From the NCBI GenBank assembly GCA_044376115.1, contig JBILLK010000003.1:64001-128000 (forward strand): 64,000 bases of DNA, given 5' to 3'. This document shows positions 11,590 through 22,063 of the stretch, one piece after another. The DNA is from Polyangiaceae bacterium. GTDB lineage: Bacteria; Myxococcota_A; Polyangia; Polyangiales; Polyangiaceae. The translations under genes were made by a program, and so were the position numbers. The notes under the pieces were generated by a model. It saw only the letters and a program-made list of their open reading frames with translations, had not been told where the DNA came from and did not search any database. The stretch's first letter is position 1. Each line of letters starts with the position of its first letter.

Positions 11590-12198
11590 GTGCTTCTCGA
11601 AATCAATCCACAACATCCTGAGCCTCGCAAAGTGCGTCAAGCACTCGAGGTCTTGGAACGAGGCGGCCTCATCGCCTACCCAACCGACACGGTGTACGGC
11701 CTCGGTTGCGACCTCATGAACAAGGGCGCGATCGAGCGGCTTTACCAGATGAAGTCGATGCAGAAGGCGAAGAGCCTCGCGTTCATCTGCCACGATCTCG
11801 GTGACATCGCGAAGTACGCGGTGGTGGACAACTGGGCCTACAGAATCCTCAAGCGGTTCTTACCCGGCCCGTATTGCTTCATTCTTCCAGCCACTCGTGA
11901 AGTGCCGAAAATGGTCCTGTCGAAGCAGAAGACCGTCGGCATTCGAGTGCCGAACCATCCGGTGGTTACGACCCTGGCGAGAGAGCTTGGGCGGCCGATC
12001 ATTTCGAGCACCGCCAACGCCCCGGGTGAAGAGGCCTTCATCGATCCGGCGGAGCTTCGTGACTTCTTTCACGGGCTTGACCTCGTGCTGGACGGTGGAG
12101 CCTGTGGTGTGGACCCGACGACTGTGGTGGACCTATCGAACGGCCACGTCGAGATCGTGCGTGAGGGTGCGGGGCCGGTCGACGACCTGGTGGGATGA
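11590..12198 (+). CDS. Sua5/YciO/YrdC family protein (threonylcarbamoyl-AMP synthase-like)
   Basis: IAYPTDTVYGLGC, LPGPY, VGIRVPNHP, ISSTAN, PTTVVD, VREGAG. Confidence 0.92.
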   Translation: MLLEINPQHPEPRKVRQALEVLERGGLIAYPTDTVYGLGCDLMNKGAIERLYQMKSMQKAKSLAFICHDLGDIAKYAVVDNWAYRILKRFLPGPYCFILPATREVPKMVLSKQKTVGIRVPNHPVVTTLARELGRPIISSTANAPGEEAFIDPAELRDFFHGLDLVLDGGACGVDPTTVVDLSNGHVEIVREGAGPVDDLVG

Positions 12199-13796
12199 TG
12201 AGCAAGAGCGTCTACGACTTCGTCGTGGTGGGCGGTGGTTCATCGGGGTGTGCGGCAGCAGGTGAGCTCGCCCGCCGAGGCTTCTCGGTAGCGCTGCTCG
12301 AGGTCGGTGACGCAGCGGAGAGCCACCCCGAGTCGCTTCGTGCAGACGGTTATAAAGAGGCCTTCATCAACGACGCGTTGATGCATGAGCGCTTCACTAC
12401 GCGGCAGAATGAGTGTGGCGGCAGGCGTCTCTTCGCAGGCACCGGTCGTGGCGTTGGCGGAAGCGGTTCGATCAACGCGATGGTGTACACGCGCGGTTCG
12501 CGCGAGGACTACGAAGCGTTCGGTGACGGTTGGCGCTGGCCAGACGTCGCACCTCACTTCGAGGACCTCGAGCAGCGGCTCGAGCCCCGTCGTCGCGCCC
12601 CGACCGACTTCAATGAAGCCTGCATCAGCGCGGCCGAAGAACAGGGCTTTCGACGCAAGGAGGATCTCAATGATGGGGACCTGCGCGGAGTCCTTGGCTA
12701 CGAGTGGATGAACTTCAAAGGAGAGCAACGGCGCAATTCGTACGTGGCTTTCATTCGGGATCTGCAGCCGGCGAGCTTGCAGTTGTTCACCGGTTTCGAA
12801 GCGACGCGGCTCGAGTTTGACAAGGGCAGCTCGCCGCGAGCGGTGGGCGTTCACGTGCGAGGCAAAGATGGGCCCGCCTTCTTTGAGGCGCGTCATGAAG
12901 TGCTGCTGTGTCTCGGTGCTTTGGCGACTCCGGTGCTCTTGCTGCGCTCGGGCGTCGGCCCGCGAACGGAGCTGCGAGGGCTAGGTCTGGACTCGGTGGC
13001 GGACGCGCCGGGGGTTGGTCGCAATCTTCATGACCACCCCAACGTCACACTCTTCTTCCGCGGTAGCGCAGACCTCGATTCGGCCTACCCACAGCTCTAC
13101 GGCTTCCATCGGATGGCCGACGGCAAGGGGCCCTCGGACTGTTGTTTCGTCTTCTATCCCGCGCGCTCGTCCTTCCGTGAAGGTCTGATTCGGATGTTGC
13201 CGGCGATGCTGCTCCCTGGCGATCAGGGCCCAAAGAAGCGATTACTTCGCGGCTCGATCGAGACGCTGTTCAAGAGCCGGCTGGTGAACAATTTCGTCGA
13301 GCGGATGTGGGGCATCGTGGTGATCCTCGGCAAGCCGAAGAGCCGCGGTACGGTGCGGCTTGGCTCTGCTGATCCTGATGCGCCGGTGCACATTGACCCG
13401 GCCTATCTCACGCACCCGGAGGATGTGACTACCCTCATGCGTGGCATCGAAAAGGCGCGCCAAATCGCTGATTCCTCAGCGATGGGACCCTACCGCGGAG
13501 CAGAGCTGATTCCGGGCCCGCTCGGGCGGCTCGGAAAGAGCCAAGCCGCCGCCGACCGCGAGTTCCTGCGGCAGAACCTGATGACGACGTATCACTACGC
13601 CGGTACCGCTCGGCTCGGGGATGACGCGGATGCCGTCGTGGATCGGCGCCTCTTGGTGAAGAGCGTCCGTGGTCTCCGCATTGCGGATGCATCTGTGATT
13701 CCTGAGACTCCGGTGTCGGCGCTCAACGCTCCAAGCATGATGATCGGTCTGCGTGCAGCAAGGTTTGCGGCTGAAGACCATTCGCGCGAACGCTGA
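12195..13796 (+). CDS. GMC family FAD oxidoreductase
   Basis: YDFVVVGGGSSG, GRGVGGSGSINAMVY, GVGRNLHDH, YHYAGTARLG, IADASVIP. Confidence 0.92.
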   Translation: MMSKSVYDFVVVGGGSSGCAAAGELARRGFSVALLEVGDAAESHPESLRADGYKEAFINDALMHERFTTRQNECGGRRLFAGTGRGVGGSGSINAMVYTRGSREDYEAFGDGWRWPDVAPHFEDLEQRLEPRRRAPTDFNEACISAAEEQGFRRKEDLNDGDLRGVLGYEWMNFKGEQRRNSYVAFIRDLQPASLQLFTGFEATRLEFDKGSSPRAVGVHVRGKDGPAFFEARHEVLLCLGALATPVLLLRSGVGPRTELRGLGLDSVADAPGVGRNLHDHPNVTLFFRGSADLDSAYPQLYGFHRMADGKGPSDCCFVFYPARSSFREGLIRMLPAMLLPGDQGPKKRLLRGSIETLFKSRLVNNFVERMWGIVVILGKPKSRGTVRLGSADPDAPVHIDPAYLTHPEDVTTLMRGIEKARQIADSSAMGPYRGAELIPGPLGRLGKSQAAADREFLRQNLMTTYHYAGTARLGDDADAVVDRRLLVKSVRGLRIADASVIPETPVSALNAPSMMIGLRAARFAAEDHSRER

Positions 13797-14533
13797 TGCG
13801 GCGCGTAGTCGGTCTTGAGTTGCCTGCACGCTTCGGCGAACCGGGCGCAGTCCTGCGCGAGTTAGCGACGACGTTGCAAGCGCACGAAGGGGATCTCGTC
13901 CTGCTGCCGGAGTGCGCTTTGACCGGCTACCTCGATGCAGGCGGTGAATGCGATCTGCGTCCCTTCGCCGAGCCAGCCGTCCGTCTTGGCGAGGAGCTCT
14001 CGCATCGAGGGCCACACTCGATCGCGGCTCAGCTGGCTGAGTTGGCCTCGCGTCAAAAGCTTCACCTCGTAGCACCGTTGATCGAACGAACCCCGAACGG
14101 CTTCTTCAATTCGATGATCGGCGTGGCACCCGATCGGACCGTGTTTGTCCACTACCGCAAGCGGCACCCTTGGTTTCCTGAGCGCTGGGTCACCCCAGGA
14201 GAGCTGCCGTACGGAAGCTTCGAGCTTTTTGGCGCGCGCTTCCTCTTGGCCATCTGCTTCGACATTCATTTCGTCGCGGCCGAGGTACCCGCCCTCTTGC
14301 AAGCCGCGGACGTGCTGCTGTTTCCCAGCGCGTGGGTCGACGACGGGCGAGCCGATCTGCGCGGGCCCATCTTCCGAAAGCTGGCTGCTTCGTACAATCT
14401 CACCATCGTCAACGCCAACTGGGGGCCCGGCGCGCCCTTACTGCGCGGTCAAGGTCGCTCGCGCATCGTGACTGCGCAGGGGGAAACCCGTTTTATCGAG
14501 CCCAACGCGAACGCTGTCGTCCTCGAGCTTTGA
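13796..14533 (+). CDS. Carbon-nitrogen hydrolase (nitrilase superfamily)
   Basis: E-K-C triad: LPECAL, YRKRHP, ICFD. Confidence 0.9.
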   Translation: MRRVVGLELPARFGEPGAVLRELATTLQAHEGDLVLLPECALTGYLDAGGECDLRPFAEPAVRLGEELSHRGPHSIAAQLAELASRQKLHLVAPLIERTPNGFFNSMIGVAPDRTVFVHYRKRHPWFPERWVTPGELPYGSFELFGARFLLAICFDIHFVAAEVPALLQAADVLLFPSAWVDDGRADLRGPIFRKLAASYNLTIVNANWGPGAPLLRGQGRSRIVTAQGETRFIEPNANAVVLEL

Positions 14534-16894
14534 CTACGGCGCCGGCTCGGTCGGCGTGCTCGGTGGCGGCGCTTCATTCTCAACGGGCTTCTCGGCCTCC
14601 GGCACGGGCTCTTCCGCGGGCTTCGCAGACTCCGTTGGCTCCGTCCCCGTTAGGAACACCTCGTCGAGCGTGTCCTCCTGCTCGGGCAGTGGGAGCAAGC
14701 CCGAGGCAGGATCAATCCGTGTACGGCTCACTCCATTGGGGGCAGGGAACTGCGTTGACGGCTTTCCTTGGTGTGCCGCTCGCATGAAGGAAACGAACAC
14801 CGGCAGCGAAGTCGTTGCGCCGGATTCACCAGCGCCCAGCGGCACGTGATCGTCGAAGCCCGTCCACACCGTGCACGCAATGTCGGTGGAGTAGCCGGCG
14901 AACCAAGCGTCGCGGGCTTCATTGGACGTGCCGGTCTTGCCGGCGATAGGTCGCCGTAGAACCTTCGCAGCGCGACCCGTTCCGTCATTCACGACGCTCT
15001 CGAGCAGGTCGGTCACGACGTAGGCCTCGGACGGCTCGAGCACTCGCTTTCGCTCCGATTCGGCGAGCGGGACCTCGCGACCATCCGGCCCAACGATCTT
15101 AGCGATCAGCCGCGGCGCCTTCGCTTCGCCCATCCCAGCGAGACTGGCGTAGGCCGCCGCAAGTTCACGCGGGCTCACCTCGTAGGCTCCCAGCGCAAGG
15201 GAAGGCGTGGCTCCCAACTCGGACTCGATACCGAGCTCCGTTGCTAGGCTCACGACCTCCGCAGGCCCAACCTGACCAATCAGCCATGCAGCCGAGGTGT
15301 TGACGCTGCGAGAAAGCACGTCGCGCATGCGCTTGGGGCTGCCTGCCGCGAGCGGGTCGTGGTTCTTGGGGCGGTACCCGTTGAGCGTCGCTGGGTCCGT
15401 CGGTAGCAACGACGCGGCGGTGAACTTTCGGCTGCGGATGGCCTGCGCGTAGACGAACGGCTTGAACGAAGAGCCTGGCTGACGCTTGGATTGGCTCGCG
15501 CGATCCAAGGTTGCACGAGCACCCTCGTAGCTCCCTGCGATGGCGAGAATGTCGCGTGAGGCTACGTCGATCGCCACGATCGCACCCTGCGGGCCCAGCT
15601 CTAATTTGAGTGGCAGCAGCGTGGCAGGATCCTTCGGGGCTGGACCGTCGCCGAGCACGCTCACGCGCACCGGCGTCCCTAGTTCAGCAAACTTCGAGGC
15701 CACGAGCTTCTGCGGGTTGTAGCGCTCAGCCGAGGACAGGTTGACCCGCCCTTTACGTTTGCCAACGCGCACAAACAGCTCATTCTTTGCGTCGTCGGCG
15801 CCGGTGACCTCACCGAGGAAGATCTTGTGCTTCTCGCTGGTCGGGTCCCCTTCGTAGAGCGGTGGCAACTTCTTCGGCTTCTTCAACGGAGCAACGTTCT
15901 TCTGCCGCTTGTCGAAGCCGTCCAACCCATCGCGAAGGGCGCGCCGTGCCTCGATCTGAAGCTTGGGATCGATGGTCGTCTCGATCGTGTAACCGCCTTT
16001 GGCCGCATCCGGGCCGAGCTTGGCCTTCAACAGCGAGAGGGCCTCCGCCACCACCTCCGGCGCAAGCTCGTGAACATCGCTGGCCGAGCTGCTCAGCACG
16101 ACCGGCTCACGTTGCGCCTCATCGGCGATCTCCTGCTTTGCGAACCCCTTATCGACCATCTGCCCAAGGATGAACTCTCGGCGTGAGAGCGAGCGGTCGA
16201 GGTGTTCCCGTGGCGAGTAAATCGATGGCCCTTTCGGGATGCCGGCCAAGATGGTGGCTTCTCCGAGCGAGAGCTCCGCTATCCCTTTGCCAAAGTAATA
16301 GCGCGCAGCTTCTTCAACGCCGTAGCGCCCATGGCCGAAGTAGATGTGGTTCAGATAGAGCTCAAGGATCTCGTCCTTGCTCAGCTCCTGCTCAATCTTG
16401 CGCGAGAGAATGACCTCTTTGATCTTTCGCTCGTAGGTCTTCTCCTGCGTCAGGAGCACGTTCTTGACCACTTGTTGCGTGATCGTACTCGCCCCTTGGC
16501 GCGAGCTCTGCGAACGGAGATTGACCAAGATGGCCCGCAACATGCCGGGGTAGTCGAGGCCCTCGTGCTCGTAGAAGCTGGCGTCCTCTGCGGCCAGGAA
16601 GGCGAGCTTCACGTGGGGCGGGACGGCATCGAGCTTTACGACGGTACGGCGCTCAACGAAGTGCTCCCCGAGGAGCGTGCCATCGCGGGCGAGTACGCGC
16701 GTCACTTGCGGCGGAGAGTAGCGTTTCAACTCCACGGTCGTGGGGAGGTCACGCTCGAAGTGCCGAACGGCAACGGCGACTGCGGTCATGGCCGCTCCCC
16801 CAAGAATCAAGAGCAGCACCGCCAACCGAACGATCCATAGAAGCACCCGCCGCCGCGGCTTCTTGGCGCCATCAGGGTTGGGTTTATCGGCCAT
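14534..16894 (-). CDS. Penicillin-binding protein 1A family (transglycosylase/transpeptidase)
   Basis: AAEDASFYEH, GASTITQQ, RKIKE; SxxK (GSSFKP), SxN (SVN), KTG (GKTGT). Confidence 0.96.
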   Translation of the reverse strand: MADKPNPDGAKKPRRRVLLWIVRLAVLLLILGGAAMTAVAVAVRHFERDLPTTVELKRYSPPQVTRVLARDGTLLGEHFVERRTVVKLDAVPPHVKLAFLAAEDASFYEHEGLDYPGMLRAILVNLRSQSSRQGASTITQQVVKNVLLTQEKTYERKIKEVILSRKIEQELSKDEILELYLNHIYFGHGRYGVEEAARYYFGKGIAELSLGEATILAGIPKGPSIYSPREHLDRSLSRREFILGQMVDKGFAKQEIADEAQREPVVLSSSASDVHELAPEVVAEALSLLKAKLGPDAAKGGYTIETTIDPKLQIEARRALRDGLDGFDKRQKNVAPLKKPKKLPPLYEGDPTSEKHKIFLGEVTGADDAKNELFVRVGKRKGRVNLSSAERYNPQKLVASKFAELGTPVRVSVLGDGPAPKDPATLLPLKLELGPQGAIVAIDVASRDILAIAGSYEGARATLDRASQSKRQPGSSFKPFVYAQAIRSRKFTAASLLPTDPATLNGYRPKNHDPLAAGSPKRMRDVLSRSVNTSAAWLIGQVGPAEVVSLATELGIESELGATPSLALGAYEVSPRELAAAYASLAGMGEAKAPRLIAKIVGPDGREVPLAESERKRVLEPSEAYVVTDLLESVVNDGTGRAAKVLRRPIAGKTGTSNEARDAWFAGYSTDIACTVWTGFDDHVPLGAGESGATTSLPVFVSFMRAAHQGKPSTQFPAPNGVSRTRIDPASGLLPLPEQEDTLDEVFLTGTEPTESAKPAEEPVPEAEKPVENEAPPPSTPTEPAP

Positions 16895-16952
16895 CCTTCG
16901 TTCCCCTCACAACGCCTGAAGCCGAGGTCTGTGTTCCCGCCTTCGTCGTTCG

Positions 16953-18263
16953 CTACTGTCGTTGCGTGAGGAGGATCACCACAGTGGTCAGCCCAACGCC
17001 AATCAACAGGCAGGCGACGGCGACGATCAACAACGTCAGCATGTTCACCCCGCGCTTGGGTGCCGCGGGAGGCTGACCAACCAGCGCGTTGGGCGAACTC
17101 GCAGGCCCCATCGACGGGGCTGTTGGAGCCATGGGTGTCGGCGTTCCAAGTTGGGTCGGCGGAATGTTGCGCGGACCGCCTGGTTGCGACCCGAGCGGAT
17201 GGGGACGAACGCCAGGGCCGGAAGGAGGCGGGGCTGGAATAGGCGGCGCAACGGGTTGGAAAGGTCCAAGTAACCCGGCGCTCATCTTGATGGTCTTGGC
17301 CGTCTCGAGCGAGGAAGCCGGCCGGCCGAATTGTGGCCCACCGTCACTCACGGTTGGCTCTGCTCCAAAAGGGCCACCGTGCTCGAAGGGCCGCAAGGCG
17401 TCGGCGAACTCGGTAGCGGAGCTGAACCGGTGCTCGGGAGACTTCTGCAGCGCCTTCATGATCACGTCCGAAAGCCCCTTCGGAAACTGCTTCCCGGGGA
17501 TGCGCTCCGACAACGGGATGGGCGGCTTGGTCACATGCAGCTGAATGAACTCCATCGGAGTCTTCGCGTCGTACGGCAGTTTGCCCGTCAGCATCTCGTA
17601 CAGAATCGTCGCCAGCGAGTAGAGATCGCTGCGGGCATCGAGCTTCTTGCCCTGAGCCTGTTCCGGCGACATGAACTCGGGCGTGCCAAACACCATGCCT
17701 TCTTGCGTCAACATGATGCTCCCGGGCCTGAGTTCCCGCTCGGTCACTTTGGCCAAGCCGAAGTCGAGAACTTTGGCGTAGTCCTTCATGCCACCGTTGG
17801 TGGAGAGGAAGATGTTCTCCGGCTTCAGATCTCGATGGATGATGCCTTGAGTGTGGGCCTCTTGCAGCGCTCCGCAAACCTGCACCAAAATCGGCACCGA
17901 ACGTTCAATGCTCAGCGGGCCTTCCCGACGGACAACCTGGTTCAGGTTTCTCCCTTCGAGGTACTCCATCACGATGTAGAGCGAGCCGTCGTCGAGCTCC
18001 CCGAAGAGAAACACTTTGACCGTGTTGGGGTGGGTCAAGTGGCTCATCGCCCGGGCTTCTCGCCGAAAGCGAGCCGCGAGGTCCTTGCGATTGGTAAGCT
18101 TGGGGTGAAGGATCTTCACCGCTACCAGCCGGTTCATCGCGTGTTGAGCAGCGCGGTAAACCGAGCCCATCCCTCCCGAGCCGATCTTCTTCTCGATCGT
18201 GAACTGGCCTTCCACAATTGAGCGGCCGATGTTCGGATCGGGTTGAGCCTGGGCAGTCGACAT
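16953..18263 (-). CDS. Eukaryotic-like Ser/Thr protein kinase with Pro-rich linker and C-terminal TM helix
   Basis: GSGGMG, VAVK, HRDLKPEN, DFG, GTPEFMSPE. Confidence 0.96.
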   Translation of the reverse strand: MSTAQAQPDPNIGRSIVEGQFTIEKKIGSGGMGSVYRAAQHAMNRLVAVKILHPKLTNRKDLAARFRREARAMSHLTHPNTVKVFLFGELDDGSLYIVMEYLEGRNLNQVVRREGPLSIERSVPILVQVCGALQEAHTQGIIHRDLKPENIFLSTNGGMKDYAKVLDFGLAKVTERELRPGSIMLTQEGMVFGTPEFMSPEQAQGKKLDARSDLYSLATILYEMLTGKLPYDAKTPMEFIQLHVTKPPIPLSERIPGKQFPKGLSDVIMKALQKSPEHRFSSATEFADALRPFEHGGPFGAEPTVSDGGPQFGRPASSLETAKTIKMSAGLLGPFQPVAPPIPAPPPSGPGVRPHPLGSQPGGPRNIPPTQLGTPTPMAPTAPSMGPASSPNALVGQPPAAPKRGVNMLTLLIVAVACLLIGVGLTTVVILLTQRQ

Positions 18264-18376
18264 AGAGCGATTAACAAGCCTTTGAGCGCGCAGCGAGTCG
18301 CGCAAAGGGCCCGGGTTGGGCTCCAAGGCTAGCCGAGCCCCGCGCTCACGCGTGAAAAATGTTTCACTGCTACCCT

Positions 18377-19159
18377 GTGTGGGTGCAAAGCGACTCGGGA
18401 ACGCCAACCATCCTTCAGAGTTCGGTCCTGCTCAAAGCAGGATTCCGGCATGGCTTCTTCACGCGAAATGGCGGCATCAGCGATGGGCCCTTTCGTTCCC
18501 TGAACCTCGCGTCAAACACTGGCGACGCGCTGGCGAACGTAACTGCCAATCGACGCGTTGCGGAGCAGGCCCTCGGCCTCGCCGCTGACAAGCTCTACTT
18601 CCTAAGTCAGGTGCACGGAGTTCATGCGGTTGAGCTGCTCGGAGCCGAGTCGTTCGAGCAGGTCGTGCGCGTCGAGGGGGATGCAACCTTGACCGGCGTT
18701 GCAGACATCGGTTGCGGCGTGCGCAGCGCCGACTGCGGCACGATCTTGCTAGGCGATGAACGGAGCGGTCGCGTCGCCGCGATTCATGCGGGATGGCGCG
18801 GCGTGGTGCTCGGCGTCATTGAAGCAGCTACCGCCGCGCTGCGTGGGAACCGACCGGCCAAGCTCATTGCAGCGGTGGGGCCGCACATCCAGCGTTGTTG
18901 CTTCGAGGTAGGGGAGGACGTTGCTGCACAGCTGGCGGCCTGCAGCTCGCTCGGGCAGTCCATTGTGGATCGTTCACGGGCTCGACCGCACGTAGACCTT
19001 CGGCGGTTGATGCGCAGCAAGCTCGAGGCTCTCAACGTTGAGCTCATCGAGGACGTCGGCGGTTGTACGGTGTGCGAACCAAGCCTGTATTTCTCGTTCC
19101 GACGGGATGGGCAGGCCAGTGGGCGTCTGCTCTCGGCCATCGTTGCGCGAACAGGTTGA
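18377..19159 (+). CDS. pgeF: YfiH/PgeF (Cu-oxidase_4) family protein
   Basis: HGFFTRNGG, SLNL, QVHG, ADC, IHAGWRG, GPHI..CCFEVG, YFSFRR. Confidence 0.92.
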   Translation: MWVQSDSGTPTILQSSVLLKAGFRHGFFTRNGGISDGPFRSLNLASNTGDALANVTANRRVAEQALGLAADKLYFLSQVHGVHAVELLGAESFEQVVRVEGDATLTGVADIGCGVRSADCGTILLGDERSGRVAAIHAGWRGVVLGVIEAATAALRGNRPAKLIAAVGPHIQRCCFEVGEDVAAQLAACSSLGQSIVDRSRARPHVDLRRLMRSKLEALNVELIEDVGGCTVCEPSLYFSFRRDGQASGRLLSAIVARTG

Positions 19160-19203
19160 GAGGAACCGGGGTACATCTCCAACGCTGGCGGGAGCCTTGA
19201 ACG

Positions 19204-19231
19204 AAAAAGGGCGACCCTTGCGAGTCGCCCT
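19204..19231 (-). terminator. Intrinsic terminator of metK
   Basis: Stem AGGGCGAC/GTCGCCCT with a GCAA-containing loop, followed by a T-run on the minus strand. Confidence 0.8.
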
Positions 19232-19255
19232 CCTCACTACGCGCTTTCGCCTTGA

Positions 19256-20527
19256 TTAGGCGTTGGCTTGGGCCTTCGCGCCCTTCTTCTTGGCTTTGGC
19301 TTTGGCTTTGGGCTGAGCCTTTGCGGCAGCCTTGGCGCCGTTGCTGCTGCCGTTGACGGCGGTGGCGCTCGGTCGCGAAAGATCATCAGCCATCTTGGCT
19401 GCGCGGACCGTCTTCTCCCAGCTGAAATCGCTACGACCGAAGTGACCGTAGGCGGCCGTTGCGTAGTAACCCGGTCGAAGGAGATCGAGCTCCTCGATCA
19501 GGGCCTTCGGGCGCATATCGAAGTTTTGGAGGATGTAGCGTTCAAGGACTTCATCAGCGATGCGGCCGGTGCCGAACGTGTTGATGTACACGCCGACGGG
19601 CTGGGCTACGCCGATGGCGTACGCGATCTGAACCTCACAACGCTGAGCGAGCTTCGCCGCGACGACGTTCTTCGCCACGTAGCGAGCGTAGTAGCAAGCC
19701 GAGCGGTCAACCTTGGACGGGTCTTTGCCGCTGAAAGCGCCACCGCCGTGCCGACCCATGCCACCGTAGGTATCAACGATGATCTTGCGGCCGGTGAGGC
19801 CCGCATCGCCGTTTGGTCCGCCGATGACAAAGCGCCCGGTTGGATTCACGTAGATCTTGGTGTTCTTGTCCATCAGCTTGGCCGGGATCACCTTGCTGAT
19901 CACGAGCTCGCGCATGGCATCCGAGATCGTCTTGTGTTTCACCGACTCAGCGTGCTGCGTCGAGAGGACCACGGTGGCGACGCGCGCAACGGTGTTGCCC
20001 TCGTACTCAACCGTGACCTGCGTCTTGCCGTCGGGCCGTAGCCAATCCACCTGGCGCTTCTTGCGCACGTCGGTGAGCTTCTTTGCGAGTTGGTGCGCGA
20101 AGGTGATTGGCGCAGGCATCAGCTCGTTGGTCTCGTCGGTGGCGTAGCCGAACATCAGACCCTGGTCACCAGCGCCCTGCTCCTTGTAGAGGCCAGAGCC
20201 TTCGGTAACGCCTTGGGCGATATCAGGTGACTGCTGCTCGATGGCGGTAAGGACAGCGCAAGTGCTGCCGTCGAAGCCCATCGATGAGTCGGTGTAGCCG
20301 ATGTCCCGAATCGTGTTTCGAATCACGGCCGGGTAGTCAACGATGGCCGTCGTGGTGATCTCACCAGCTACGATCGCGTAGCCCGTCTTGACCATCGTTT
20401 CGCAGGCGACGCGAGCCTTCGGATCCGAGGTAAGGATGGTGTCGAGGATGGCGTCCGAGATCTTGTCGCAGACCTTGTCCGGGTGACCTTCGGTGACGGA
20501 CTCAGATGTAAATTGATAGCGTCGCAT
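19256..20527 (-). CDS. metK: S-adenosylmethionine synthetase
   Basis: [44 protein letters not shown]. Confidence 0.99.
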   Translation of the reverse strand: MRRYQFTSESVTEGHPDKVCDKISDAILDTILTSDPKARVACETMVKTGYAIVAGEITTTAIVDYPAVIRNTIRDIGYTDSSMGFDGSTCAVLTAIEQQSPDIAQGVTEGSGLYKEQGAGDQGLMFGYATDETNELMPAPITFAHQLAKKLTDVRKKRQVDWLRPDGKTQVTVEYEGNTVARVATVVLSTQHAESVKHKTISDAMRELVISKVIPAKLMDKNTKIYVNPTGRFVIGGPNGDAGLTGRKIIVDTYGGMGRHGGGAFSGKDPSKVDRSACYYARYVAKNVVAAKLAQRCEVQIAYAIGVAQPVGVYINTFGTGRIADEVLERYILQNFDMRPKALIEELDLLRPGYYATAAYGHFGRSDFSWEKTVRAAKMADDLSRPSATAVNGSSNGAKAAAKAQPKAKAKAKKKGAKAQANA

Positions 20528-20556
20528 GCGAGGGGCCTCTCTAAATTTAGACCCAC

Positions 20557-20585
20557 CGTCTAGGCGGCCGCTCATTCGGGGTCAA
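20557..20585 (-). promoter_or_regulatory. Candidate sigma70-type promoter of metK
   Basis: Minus strand reads TTGACC-N17-TAGACG about 30 nt upstream of the ATG. Confidence 0.35.
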
Positions 20586-20682
20586 CCATCGAAGCGAACG
20601 GCTCGCCAAGAAAACAGATTCTCGGCTTGCATGTGAGCCAGAGCTCGAAAGCTTGTGCTGCAGTCGGCGAGTCCTGCCTTTC

Positions 20683-20773
20683 AAAGGCGAAGGGCCGGTC
20701 TCGCGACCAGCCCCTCATGTTCGACCTCTAGGTGAAGCTCGAATGACCCGAGCGGGCACCGCCCGAGTCATTC
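20683..20773 (-). terminator. Two hairpins downstream of dctP (3' stem-loop plus likely terminator)
   Basis: Minus strand: GAATGACTCGGGCGG/CCGCTCGGGTCATTC stem, then GGGCTGGTC-GCGA-GACCGGCCC followed by TTCGCCTTT. Confidence 0.6.
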
Positions 20774-20804
20774 TGTTCACTGCATCCGCCTTCGGCGGAA
20801 TGAC

Positions 20805-21803
20805 TCAGAGACCGCCGGCAGCCTCGATCGCCTTCACCAGGTCTGCGGAGAAGGTACCCTGCGCGAGCCGCTCCCGAACCTGCTTGAAGGTTGAGGTGAA
20901 AGCTTCTTTGCCGCTCGAGTCGAGATCGTAGGTCTTCAACTTCCCCGACAAGCGCGTGAAGGCAGCCTTATCCGCTTCCTTGATCTTCTCGGTCAAAGCG
21001 CCGGCAGCGAGCTTGCCCGTCGATTGAACGAGCTCACGAAGATCGCCAGGAAGCGCGTCCATCCGCTTGGAGCTGATGACGATGGCGCCGATGGCAGCCC
21101 CCGTCACGTCATTGCCCATCGAGTTGAGCTGACCTGCCCACTGCAGCTGCTCGACCGCGAGTGCCGGAGCAATCACGGTATCCACTGCGCCCGTCTTGAG
21201 GTTCGGCAACACCTCGGGAACGTTCAGACCGACCGGCGTCGCACCAATGATCTGGTAGGTGATCGGCGCGATCATGTCTTCTTTCCACATGTAGGGCTTG
21301 CGGCTCTTCAGGTCCGAAGGCTTCATCACGGTCGAGCCTTCACCCTTGGTGAAAACGTGGGCCAAGCCGACGAAACCCCAGCCGAGGTTCGTTGCTCCAG
21401 CATCACGAAGTCCCTTGTTGAACTCCTCACCCTTGGCGCCTAGCGCCTTGTCCACTTTACCCCAGTCGGTGAGGACGCCCGGCATCTGCATTGCGACGGT
21501 GGGCTTGTAGTACTTGCTCAAGCCAACAGCGGTCATCGCGGCGCCGTCGAGCTGGCCAGCCTTGATCTTGCCGACCATGGCGCCTTCATCACCGGCCGAA
21601 CCGTTGTAGTCGAACACTAGCTCCAGCTTGCCGTCGCTCTTCTTCGCGATGGCCTTCTCCCAAACCTGGAAGACCTGGCCCCACACGCTTTGCTTGGGAG
21701 CAAGCGTGGCGAACTTGATAGTTTCAGCCGAGGCTTCTTGAGAGGCACCAACCGTTGCGGCCAATACACCAAGGCCTGTGACGAGCGTTTTCACGAACTT
21801 CAT
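20805..21803 (-). CDS. dctP: TRAP transporter substrate-binding protein (DctP family)
   Basis: Signal peptide, IKFATLAPKQSVW, GDEGAMVGKIKAGQLDGA, GATPVGL..PEVLPNLKTGAVD. Confidence 0.9.
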   Translation of the reverse strand: MKFVKTLVTGLGVLAATVGASQEASAETIKFATLAPKQSVWGQVFQVWEKAIAKKSDGKLELVFDYNGSAGDEGAMVGKIKAGQLDGAAMTAVGLSKYYKPTVAMQMPGVLTDWGKVDKALGAKGEEFNKGLRDAGATNLGWGFVGLAHVFTKGEGSTVMKPSDLKSRKPYMWKEDMIAPITYQIIGATPVGLNVPEVLPNLKTGAVDTVIAPALAVEQLQWAGQLNSMGNDVTGAAIGAIVISSKRMDALPGDLRELVQSTGKLAAGALTEKIKEADKAAFTRLSGKLKTYDLDSSGKEAFTSTFKQVRERLAQGTFSADLVKAIEAAGGL

Positions 21804-21827
21804 GGACAATCACCCTCCGTTCCCAAC

Positions 21828-21847
21828 GGCTCCGCTATAGCGGAGCC
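21828..21847. promoter_or_regulatory. Perfect 20-bp palindrome upstream of the dctP RBS
   Basis: GGCTCCGCTATAGCGGAGCC equals its own reverse complement. Confidence 0.55.
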
Positions 21848-22063
21848 AGCGCCCTGTGGGTAGGGCACGTGTGAATTAAATCCGCGCGGCTCACCCGCCC
21901 GGATCAATGTGAGTTGCCGCTTTGCGAAGACCGCTGGCGGCAGAAGGAATCAGCGCTTGGATTGACCCAGGTGCGCCGAGCAAACACGGCTTCCAAAGCA
22001 ACGGCCCGGAGCCAGCCATAAGACACTGCTGCGACGGGTCAGACGAGCGCCGCCTTACCTTAT

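Noticed and set aside
20528..20680. SAM riboswitch upstream of metK
   Set aside because: No SAM-I or SAM-II consensus recognisable, and the predicted leader is very short
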